This document shows positions 12,070 through 23,203 of a stretch of 64,000 bases of DNA, one piece after another. The position numbers were made by a program, and so were the translations under genes. Source of the DNA: Anthoceros angustus (Eukaryota > Plantae > Anthocerotophyta); contig MU008167.1 of NCBI GenBank assembly GCA_010909165.1, forward strand, positions 1,669,262 through 1,733,261. Direction: 5' to 3'. The notes under the pieces were generated by a model, which saw only the letters and a program-made list of their open reading frames with translations, was not told the origin of the DNA and did not search any database. The stretch's first letter is position 1; each line of letters begins with the position of its first letter.

Positions 12070-12950
12070 CAACCAGCAAGGCTCAGAGTCAAAGAAATAT
12101 TCCGCTATGCAGGCCGAGCTGCTGCTTTAGGAGGCTGGTTAACATACAAAATCACAATTGTTGATGGATCACAGACCACGAGATCTCTGGGCAATTATGG
12201 GCAGTTGCAAGCGGTTGACGTAGTTGGGGACAGTTGCAAAGCAGTCGTTGATGAACATGCCTTGTCCTTTCACAGCTTGTCAGGTGCATGATGTGCATGT
12301 CAACCAGGTTTCTTCAGCAGCACTTATGAGACAAAATGGGAATTTATGCCCCCCAAGATTCAGGGCCATAGGATGCCAACAGATATCAGCCAGCACCTAG
12401 AACCGGCACCAGAAGATGCAGCTTCTCAGCCTTTAGAAAATGCAGAAGATTGCTCGTGCACTCGTTCACTGATGCGATGTCTCGGCAACACACCCCTCAC
12501 AGTGAAGCACCCACGGCAAGCAGATCCAGTGTCACTATAAACACGTAAACACTGATGGGTGTTGACATGTTGATGTCTACACTGTATACATTCACATGAG
12601 ATGCAACAACCAGGGCAAATATTGGGGGTGCTCCAATTCACTGTGAAATGGAAAAGCAGCAACCAACCATCAAGGGACTGGGGCTACCTGTTGACTGCAA
12701 ACCGTGGACACTCAAGAGCCTGGATCACAACAACATCAGCATTGCGCCCTCGCGCCGTTTCGGCATGATCTGCAAGTCAGCAAGGTTTTTCTCTTCAGAA
12801 AAAGGCTGGAACGCAAAATTGATGCTGAGCGAAACCTCTGCGAGCATGTGAGCTCACCTAATTTGCATTCGCTCGATGTCATCAATACCGGGCACTCTGG
12901 CGGTTCAGAACAATGTTTGTGAACAACCATTCGTAGTGCACACTGTGTCC
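12070..12950 (-). pseudogene. Degenerate spliced gene fragment, possibly F-box/LRR-like (copy 1)
   Basis: Broken frames read TLDLLAVGASL.GVCCRD...LLHFLKAEKLHLL and LCNCPQLRQPLATAHNCPEI. Homologous to 14200-14830 (minus) and in part to 42540-42960. Confidence 0.3.
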
Positions 12951-14199
12951 ATTTCTCTTGGCAGCACAAACAAGTTCATACATAACATATCATTTTCATG
13001 CAATCTAATTTTTGCCGACCAAGGATTGGAGGTGAGGAGCATTCCCATTGAATGGGCTTGCAATGGTAAATTGCCTTTACTCTCTGACCCACCATGTCCA
13101 AACCTTGAGAAGCAACCCGTTTTCTGGAAAAGGTTTTTCTTGGATGTTGAAAGCTTGAGTTGGATGGTGAAAATATTTGTCTTCATACGAACGCATTTTC
13201 TTGGCTTGCCAATGAGTAATCCATCGGTATCACTCTTAAGTCGGAATTCCTGCATTTCTTGCAAGAGTCCACACACTCTTTATTTACTTAAGACTTGATT
13301 AGTGTTCCTTATCTCACACACTCCTTATTTAATTAAGACTTGATCAGTGCTCATTATCTTCCTTTGGTACTAATAGCAAGTTTGGAAACTTTCGGAGAGC
13401 GTTCTCTATTGAAACGTCCTCTATTGACCCTTATCCTTCCTTGCCTCATAAACTGCTTGCTTGTCTCTCTTCAAGCTTGTGCAAGCCGTAGGATGTTTTT
13501 CAACATGGATAAGTTCAGTGATTATATGTGTCTCCTTCACACCCCATTGTGATTACATAGAATAGCCTCATATAATTCATCTAATATTTTATTCTCAATA
13601 ATATATACTACTTGCAATTTGCAATGTACAATGCATATTGCCAATCCAATTACTTGGAGGCTGATGTTGATGAGGCCACCTGTACTCCATTTGCCATCTG
13701 CATGTAGTACTGGCGCATGTGCTGAACTTGCCTTTGCAACAATATGGCAAAGGGGAGGAAGAGCTACAGCCCTAAGAGAAGGAGTCCACACCTGGCAATG
13801 CTTGAGTCCAACATTCACAACTTTGGGTGCACATACACCAAATGATAGCAAAACTTCACAGTTAAGCGCCCCGTAAGGCAATTCAATATTGGGATGGGAA
13901 ACCATTCTTCCACAATCTTTCATTGATTGACATCTTTCATTCATTCACAGCCCGGTTGGGTAACTATTAGATGTCTTAGATTAAAGTCTTCCCCAGATTG
14001 GGTAACTAATAGATGTCTTAGATTAGAGTCGAAATCGCCCCAGTTCACCTGAGCGTGCTGGCCTCCCTCGTGTGTGGTCTCTGCGCGAGATTGGTCTCTG
14101 CGCGAGATTACCCCCACTGTATCTGTATCTGTAACCCCAGCCGATAAAGCAAGAGCCTGCTGGTAGGGAGCTCCTGCGTCCATTACTCCAGGTACTCCA

Positions 14200-15120
14200 T
14201 GGCCAGCAGCGAAATGTTGATAAAGTCGGAGCATAGTCGAGCCAACTGTACAGCTGCAAGAGGTAGAGCTTGCAGGTCCAACCAGCAAGGTTCAGATTCA
14301 GAGAACTATTCAGCCCTACAGGCCGGGCTGCTGCTTTATAAGGCTGTCTTGCCATACAAAATCACAATTGTGGATGGATCACGGACCACGAGATCTCTGG
14401 GCAGTTATGGGCAGCAGTGGCAAGCAGCTGTAGTTGAGGGTAGTTGCAAAGCAGTGCACGTGGTTGGTGTCGAACATGCCTCGTCCTTCCACAGCCTGTC
14501 AGGTGCATGATGTGCATGTCAATCAGGTTTCTTCAGCAGCGCTGAGGCCAACATATCCCAGAAACCACCAGGAAACGGCATCAGAAGATGCAGTTCCTTC
14601 AGCTTCTCAGACTCCAGAAGATGCAGAAGATTGTCGTGCATTCCTTCACTGATGCGCATGTCTCGGCAACACACCCAACACACTGAAGCACCCACGGCAA
14701 GCAGATCCAGTGTCACTTCAAACATGTCAACACCGATGGGTGTTTACATGTTGATGTTTACATTGTAAACATTCACATTGGATGCAACAACCAGGGTAAA
14801 TGTTGGGGTGGCTCCAATTCACCGTAAAATGGACAAGCAGCTTTCAAGATGCAGCCTTAAGACTTCTCAAGCAGACCTGTCAGCTGTCCATGATTTCCAC
14901 ATGAGACTGACTCATCAGCTCCGGATCCGAGAACTCTCAAGCTCCAAGATGCAGCAGTCAGCCGGCTTCTCTTCCATGACTTCACAACTACAGCTTTAAA
15001 ACACCAGCAGCCAGTCAGCTGGCCAGCGTATCCAAGTGCCACCATCTCAGTCTCTGTCTTCTCAAAGTCTGTAGCAAGCTTCTTTCGATCTGCAACAATC
15101 TGCGGGCTGTCTGCAATGTT
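14200..15120 (-). pseudogene. Degenerate spliced gene fragment, possibly F-box/LRR-like (copy 2), plus a 'KKLATDFEKT' exon
   Basis: ORF 14519-14725 reads TLDLLAVGASVCWVCCRD...LLESEKLKELHLL, followed by HLTGC and LCNYPQLQLLATAAHNCPEI (LRR-like). The 14830-15120 part recurs at 37430-37700 and 41870-42120 on the plus strand. Confidence 0.3.
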
Positions 15121-16600
15121 CTCTAGAGTGATAGATAGGAAGGAAGCGGGAAGCAAGTGGGGAGCACTCTTGTAGGATCCTTCAATATTGAAAGTGGTCA
15201 GGACATGTACACATAGACGACCTGTAAGGCCTAGAAGCAGCAGTACTCAAATTGTCATGTCATCTGGTCAGTCATGGGGTCAACAAGGGCGTCATGTCGT
15301 TTGGTCGGTCTATCTGGTCCGTTGGCTTGTGCAATGAGAATCTGAGCGAGTCTGTAGTACTATCTAAAACGGAAATGAGGGGAAAATATGTGTACTAAAT
15401 GTAGCCAGGAGTCGCGGCTAAATTGGGTCAGGGTTTCCGCAGGTCTGGAAACCCGTAAAGTTACTAACCTGGAATTAGGGCGGGATGTGAAGTACTTGTC
15501 CTCCCGCTCCTTTTCCTTGTCTGTTGACGCCACCAGAAAGCAGAAAGCAGGCGGCTTGCGCTTGGAACACCTGACCTGAGCGGGGCGTGAGATGGCGCGA
15601 TCAATGCAGCAGCAACAGGCGATGGCTGGAGGTGACGCCTCTGTTCTGTGAAGATACGCTTTTGGCAAAAGCAAGGCTCGCCTGGCTCCAATGCCTGCCT
15701 CTGTAAGGATACACCTTGTCTCTTAGGGTTCTCAAAACTCGAAGCTCGATATTGTGAGCCTGTCTCAAGGTGGATGGGATCGTCGCCCGCCCAGCCGAAA
15801 TCGTCAACAAGTTGTGCGGACTCATCAACAAGCTCAACAAGTGGACGAGTTCGGCTGGGCCACCGAGGGTCCCATCCACCTTAAGGCAGGCCCCCATAAT
15901 GGAGCTCCCATTTCTGAGAGCCCTGAAAGACAAAGTTGTATCCTCACAGAATCAACAATTGGAGCCAGGCGAGCATGTCGTCTTTGCCAGAAGCGCCATC
16001 GCCACGCGCAGAGGTCTGCAAATGGCCTGGGCAACCTTCGCCTTCGAGGCCCAGTTCATACGCAGATGGTCCAGAGAAGGAGAAGAGCCTGCCCTGTGAG
16101 GACGGCTGCTTCCGCTTCTGCTCCCAGACGAGGAGAGGAAATGTCGCCCGGAATGCTCCCGATCTGGCGCGGGATCCGGAGGCGCTTGTCAAGAGAATCG
16201 CGCGATGCAGGTGGAACACGAGAGGCGGCCTCAGGGCATGCTTGTCTGTGCGGGCTAGGAGAAAGCGCGCGCGGACGAGCTCGGGTCTGGATCCTACCTA
16301 CCCCTAGATGTACTTGGGAGTGAGCTACAGCCACGAGAGGATGAATAGGCTCTACAACGATATCCTCGCAAACTGGGTAAAGAATTAACCGGATCCGGAT
16401 GCTTGCGCAGGAGTGTACCGAGGACTTTCAATACTCTGATATCAAATGACAGCCAAGCATGGCGCAGGGAAGTGGCCCGGATGACAATTCACAGGCTGCT
16501 CAGGATCTGGAAGCGAGCGATCGTGAGCCTGGCCCGGTTGGACCGAGTCGAATTCACAGCTGGACCTGAATAACGACGTGAATCCTTCCAGCAGGAGATA
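15120..16600 (+). pseudogene. Unknown gene family X, copy A (frameshifted, with an internal inverted duplication)
   Basis: Carries the shared upstream module (TCTAGAGTGATAG...ATGAGAATCT). Coding remnants DEFGW, MELPFLRALKDK, FARSAIATRRGLQMAWATFAFEAQF and the downstream RLYN..NWVK / AAQDLE segments match ORF 38524-39582. Confidence 0.8.
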
Positions 16601-16846
16601 ATGAGTTGATTATATAGCAGCTCAGTATAAGTAGCAACAGCTACACGCATGCATTGCCAGCTGAAAAGAGATGTTGGCAGCTGGCTAGCCTGGAGCTTGT
16701 TATTCGCGTACTACACACATCATACCTTCATAGAAGCAGCAGCTAATATATGCCGGCAGCTCTTGATCAAGCTAGATCCGGACAGCCTACATCCACATAT
16801 GATTATATACGGCTGGCCGGATCCGGATGAGGGTGGATGCACCTAG

Positions 16847-17285
16847 CTAATCGCTGTGGTTTCGGAGAACGATGGCGAAGGGGCCGCTGTGGTCGTAACC
16901 AGAAACGCGGTTGACACCCGTGGTCTCGTCAAGGTACGTGCACTGGTGGATGATCTCCCATGTAAGACTCGCCGCATCCTTGCAAGGGTGCATTGTTTGT
17001 AGGGGCCGCAAATCCGCACCTGGGCGCCCGAGTCAGCCGCCATGGTGGTGCAGAATTTGCCGCTGCGCTCGTACTGGCAACACTGCCCTCCGTGGTTGTT
17101 GAGGCTGTTGGCCATGGCTTGCGCCTGCTTCCGAGTAGGATCTCGGCTGCCGTGGCTCTCGCAGGTGACGCTTCCTGCTTGCACTGCGGGCATGCTGCCA
17201 TCACCGCTGCCACTGCAATGCACGCCAGCATTGCCACTCCTACCGCTGGCCACCTCTTGATCATGGAACGCATGGAACTCGCCAT
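16847..17285 (-). CDS. Small secreted cysteine-rich protein (146 aa, 8 Cys in the mature part) after two single-base insertions
   Basis: ATG at 17285; hydrophobic leader ending in AVQA; mature GSVTCESHGSRDPTRKQAQAMANSLNNHGGQCCQYERSGKFCTTMAADSGAQVRICGPYKQCTPCKDAASLTWEIIHQCTYLDETTGVNRVSGYDHSGPFAIVLRNHSD*; TAG at 16847-16849. Needs +1 nt near 17193 and +1 nt in the GGG run near 16986-16988. TATTTAA upstream at ~17445-17452. Confidence 0.7.
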
Positions 17286-17543
17286 TAATATTCGGGTCTA
17301 GCAGCAGATCTAGAGCACAGCAGAGCAAAGCAGGCCTGCCTAGGGAGGCTAAGGGATCGATCGTCTGGAGCTGGCGAGATAGAGCGAGGGTGCAGATAGA
17401 AATGGATCGATGCTAGCTTGATCTGATCCACACCCTGCCCTTGGTTAGCTTAAATACCGGCAAGGATCCGGGGCAAGGTTACGGCTACGTTGGCCGGGTA
17501 GCTAGCGCATGCGAATTCCATGCTGCCCAATTGAGACTGAGAC

Positions 17544-20500
17544 TATAAAGCAAGACTGACTTGACTCACAGCAATTGCTAGAAAGAATTAGATCAGTATC
17601 AAGGTGTCAAAAGGTACATCTTATATGGTTCACGGCCTTCAGTGCATCTTAGTGTCTGTTCAGTGACGACCCCTAATATCTCGTGCTAGCTACTCTATGC
17701 TTTATATGTAGATCTCCTACACTCCCACTCATAGATTAGCTAGTATCTTCATCTTGATTGATAGAGGATCTTGGATTCTTCACAAGGCCAAGTCCTGCAA
17801 CACACTGATTATGCTTGTCTCTCGGTAAGCTCTTCGTCAGTACATCAGCCACCATCTTTCCCGTTCCACAGTATTTCAAACAAATCTCACCACTTTGGAT
17901 TTGCTCACGAATATAATGAAACTGAATGTCAATATGCTTGCTTTTAGCATGAAACTTCGGTTCTCTGATAGGCAATTGCACTCTGATTATCAGAGTAAAT
18001 CAGAGTAGGTTTGTCTTGTGGAAATCCAAGTGACTGAAGTAATCTTCTCTGGAACACAGCATTCGTAGCAGCCTTTGAAAGTGCCATGTACTCTGACTCG
18101 GTACTTGACAGTGCCACAGATCTTTGCCTTTGGCTTGACCAACATACTGCAGCACCTGCCAAAATGAAACAAGATCCCGAGGTAGAGCGTCGTGTGTCTA
18201 AATCACCGGCCCAATCAGCATCTGAGTAGCCAAATAGCGGCTCAAAGGTTTGAGCTTTCTGATATTTCAAACAAAGTGTTGTAGTGCCACTCAAATACCG
18301 CATAATCCGTTTACATCCAACCCAATGCGGTGAGCCTGGATTAGAGGAATATTGCGCAACACTGTTGGTAGAGCAGGTGATGTCAGCACGTGTTCCAGTA
18401 GATGCATAATTCAGGCTCCCAACTGCAGCTTTGTAAGGAATTGCGGCCATCTGAGTTTTGTCCTCCTCTGTGATAGGACAATCTTCCTTGCTCAGCCGAA
18501 TTCCAGCCTCCAAAGGTGTAGAAACTGCATGTGAATCTGCCATATTGAATCTCCTCAATATTTCTTTGACATATTTCTCTTGGGACAGACAAATCCATCC
18601 TTGAGCACGATTGCGGATGACCTCAATGCCTAAGCAATAGTGTAGATCCCCAAGTCCTTCATTTCAAACTCTGTCTTCAAGATTTTCTTGACCACTACTA
18701 ATTTTGTAATCGAGTTGCTTGCCAAAATGGCGTCATCAACATATAAAGCCAAAATGACAAATCCATCACTTCCCTTTAAGATGTATACATTAGAGTCCGC
18801 ATCGGACCTGATGAAACCAATTTTGAGCAGATATGCATCAAAGCGTTGGTACCATAAGCGGTGACTTTTAAGACCGTAGATGGCCTTCGCAACTTGCACA
18901 CATTTCCAAATTGATTAGGAGGCACCTTTATACCCTCGGTACTTCCATGTAGATTTCTTCTTCAAGAATACCATGGAGGAATGCGGTCTTAACGTCCGAT
19001 TGATGTAGTTCCAAATCAAATTGAGCAGCTAAAGCAATAATAATGCGAATGGATACCAACTTCTGAGGGGCAACGTTTCATCGTAATCAACACACGTTGT
19101 TGAGAATACCCCTTGCAACCACTCTTCCTTTGAAGCGTTCGATGCTCCCATCTGCTTTGTACTTCACTTTAAAGACCCACTTGCATCCAACCAAGCTGCG
19201 GTTAGCGGGCAAAGGAGTTAATGTCCATGTCTTATTTTCCAAAAGGGATCGAAGCTCGTCATCCATGGCTGCTTGCCATTCAGCTGCAAATTCTCCAGAC
19301 AAGGCCTCCTCCACACTTTGTGGCTCAATAATAGGTACTTGTGTCAGCAGAGCCTTGCGCTTCGACTTGGGTGTCTTCCTCCCTTCCAATGTCTCAACCA
19401 ATCTTTGGCGGACGTCTACTTCTCTGACCACGTCAAGGAGAGGTGAGTCGGACTCCACCACAGCTGGACGTCTGCGCAAGCCTTCTGGGGAGCTAAGATC
19501 CAAGGGTGTTACACTTGCTCCCCCTCCCCAGTTACTGCTCTCCCATCTTCGTCATCTCCCCAGTGAACTCCCACGCAGGAACGCTCCCACTTGAAGAGGG
19601 GCTCCCACTGCAAGGCGGTGGCGAGGAGGAGGACAAGAGGAGGAACTACAACCCAGGGAGGAGAAGGCACAGGATGTGCCGGATTGGGAGGAAAACCGCC
19701 GCCAAAGAGATGCTTCATCGGGAGCGGATTCTTGAGGAGCATCGTCCTCGAGGCGAGAGGCTCTACCCTCGGCGCCATGAAAGACCACATCACGGAGACC
19801 ACCACCGTGCGCGAGACTTGATCATAACCCGATAAGCCTTGCTCTCCTCACTATAGCCCGTAAAATGGCGCCGGACTTGCGCCAAGTTCGTTACGTTTTC
19901 ATCCGGGACATGGACAAAAGCATTACACCCAAACACTGTGATGAGAAATGTCGCTTATGTCCTGTCCACACTTCATAGAAGTACTGCCTTGGATGATCGC
20001 GTGGGCAACGATTCTTCACATAACATGTTACAAGGGCTTCACCCCAAAAGGTTTTGGGAAGACGAATCGGCAAGCATACTCCTCACGGATTCATCGAGCG
20101 ATTCTCTCGCCGCCACGGGTTCTTGAGGAGTGTAGGGAAATATCGGCGTAATGCCATGGGTGACACAAAATTCATTGAATTCATCACTCAAGTACTCGCC
20201 ACCATTGTCGCTTCTTAGCGTTTTGATTTTGTGACCAGATAATTCTCGGCCATTGCCGGTAGCGCTTAAACTTGTCAAAGGCCTCGGACTTCACCAAGAA
20301 GGTACACCACCGTGTACTTGGAGAAGTCATCCTTAAACGTAATGAAGTAACGCCTTCCGTATGAGTCGGAGTTTGCATGGGACCACAAATGTCGAGTGCA
20401 CGATTCCGGCCGAGGTCGGCGTACCTCCTTGTTTGGGAAACTTCCACGATGTTGCTTGCCTTCTAAGCAAGTGAGCATGACGATGGAGAGCTGTGTCCAC

Positions 20501-22654
20501 GAATCAAGGCCAATGACCAGCTTTTCCTTACCATTTGTTGAAGTCTTGCATCACCGAGGTGTCCAAGACGCCGATGCCAAAGTTCGTTTCTGCCTGTAGC
20601 GTGCAGAACATGGGATTTGGTAAGGTTCGAGCGCCAGCTTGTAGAGGTCATGGACCATGGAGCAGTTGCTACCACGACCATGTTTATTAAGAAGGACTCA
20701 CTCCTCCTTTAATCCGCAGCTCTCCACCTGCAGAATTGTTTCCAGAGAATGTGTTCTTCTTTAAACCTGGTCACATGTAACACATCTGGGACTTGTCTTG
20801 TACTTCCATCTAGGAGAGTAATTGCCACAGTGCCTTTTCCACAAATTGCTTGTGTGGTATTATCACCTAGATAAACCACCTGACCCACTCGCCAGCTTAC
20901 ATATTGTGTGAAACCTCCATGACTATGAGCCATGTGTTGTGTCGCACCCGTATCTACATACCAAGTCGTCTCCAGACTGTGATATGTGACTAGGGCAGCC
21001 ACGCATTAGCTTCTCTCCATAACATTTGCATGAGCATCGCTCCAAGACCTCGGCTATGCGTTTCCGACAATCCTTGATCATATGTCCGGGCTTCTTGCAA
21101 TAAAAACATTTCACCTTCTTCTTAGAATTTTGGGTTCTCACCGACCCAAGTGAGGGCTTCAACGAGCCTCCTTGGCCACCTTTCTTAGGATATGGTCCGA
21201 GCGTTTACTTGTCGATGTAATGCGATGATGCTTCCGAGGCCGAACCAAGGTTCTTTAACATTTTCTCCTCCCTGAATTAAATAGCGATGAGAGGCTGTAA
21301 GTGTCAGTCGACCTCTTAAGGAGATTAGAAAACCCCTATAACTAGGAGGCATACTCCTCATTAAGGCTACGCATCCTCATCATCTACCGTAGTTCGAGCC
21401 GACATCTGTTCCAACAAGTCCTTAAAATTGTGAATGTGTTTAATCATGCTATCACCCTCCTTCATTTTAAGTGTAGCCAAACTATCCCTTAGATACATTT
21501 TGGTGATGGAATCCTTTGCCTCAAAGAATCTAATCAACTCATCCCAAACTGCCTTTGAGGACTTGGAGGTTTGAACGTAGGGAACCACATTATTTTCAAG
21601 ACAATTATTCAGGACTGAAATTGCAGAATTTTCTCTTTCCTCCCAATGAGAAATACTTCCAACCCCACTTATAGGAAGTGGTGCATGAGTTCTGCAATCA
21701 CGTGGCGGAGCAACCAGTATTAACTCTGTACCATCTACAACACTCCACAATTTTTCTTTCAACAATAGTTGCATTCGATGTTTCCAAACATGGAAATAAG
21801 TTCCATCAAACTTGGGAATATGCCTAATATCTACTGGCCTCAAGGCTGCCATGGCCACTATTACTAATCTATTTAGTACAAATGACCCTCTCTACAACAA
21901 TATGTGCATGAAGGAAATTAGCGAATAATTTTGGGTAAGGCAATCTTTAATTGTGGTGGTTTCAAATTTTCTCATTAGCATTTCTAACTTCATTTCTATC
22001 TTTGATAGGCAATTTTTGGTTTGTAGGAAGCTATCTTGTACAACTTTGCCACTTTGCAATAACTTGCAACAAAGATAGACTAAATTAGATGAGATGTCTT
22101 CTAAGTTAGAATCGCATTTGAAGTTGTGACCGTTGGATTTTGTGTCCTCCGATTGCCTTCTACCACTCTTCCTCCCATTAGCCATTTCTTTAAATTGAAT
22201 CAAGAAAGATTCAATACTATCTTCATAAAATAAAGAAATGGCTAATTCTGCTTTTGGCTCACAATTTGAGCCAATAAGCGGAGTTGTAGAGATCTAGGCA
22301 TTTGTTTAAAGCCGAAAGGAATCCCGATTGAAAGGTTTGTTTTCATCGGAACTCTCTCATCGGCTTTAGTTTTATACCCAGGCATTTTCCCTAACAAAAG
22401 GTTGTGAAGTGCATCTGCACACACAAGGATGTGATCTCTAAGCTTCTTAGGATCACATTCCCATGGCTCTGATACCATATAAAGCAAGACTGACTTGACT
22501 CACAGCAATTGCTAGAAAGAATTAGATCAGTATCAAGGTGTCAAAAGGTACATCTTATATGGTTCACGGCCTTGATGCATCTTAGTGTCTGTTCAGTGAC
22601 GACCCCTAATATCTCGTGCTAGCTACTCTATGCTTTATATGTAGATCTCCTACA
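17544..22654 (-). mobile_element. Full-length Ty1/copia LTR retrotransposon with TG...TA termini
   Basis: LTRs 17544-17721 and 22478-22654 are nearly identical; TSD GAGAC on both sides; PBS TGGTATCAGAGC (iMet) at 22466-22477; PPT GAGTGGGAG next to 17721. Frameshifted gag (PKFDGTYFHVWK, CFYCKKPGHMIKDC), protease (WYVDTGATQHM), integrase (WHRRLGH, LRSDNGGEYLS), RT (WVFKVK, LALYVDD) and RNase H (YSDADWAG, KHIDI). Confidence 0.97.
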
Positions 22655-23141
22655 GAGACTGCACTTCCACATCTATGGGTAGACTAGCTTCACACCGTTA
22701 GCCTTAGTTCTCAGTGGCAGCAAACAGCGTGAGCTTCGTGAGGCTCTGGGGCGGCCCGTGCTTGTCTTCGCAAGCGTGACCCACCTATATAAGGCACCTA
22801 TTCTCAATACGACTTTGACATGTGAAAATCACAAAGAGCGTGAGCAGCGTATTCAACCTAGACAATCAAAGGGCCGGCACACAAATGTCAGAGAATCCGG
22901 CACCAGTCTCGCACTTGCTGGTTTCTTCTTTGGTTGAATTCTTGAACCGTCCATTGATATATGGCTAAAGAATATATGGACATAGAAATGAAAATGAAAC
23001 GTGTGAGGTGAATCATCATCCACTCATGTACTAGAAATAATAAAAAATGATCACTTTCCTCCTCATTAACAACTAACACCAGCTTCCTTAGTGGTGGAAG
23101 CTGTGGGTCCAAAATATCCGAATCTAAATCTAAATGCGAAT

Positions 23142-23203
23142 CTAGTATGTTGACACCTTACAGTTATGTCCATATATATAACTGTAAGGTGTCGACATAC
23201 TAG
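23142..23203. repeat. Short inverted repeat: 26-bp stem, 10-nt loop
   Basis: CTAGTATGTTGACACCTTACAGTTAT (23142-23167) pairs with ATAACTGTAAGGTGTCGACATACTAG (23178-23203), with one T:G pair. Confidence 0.9.
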
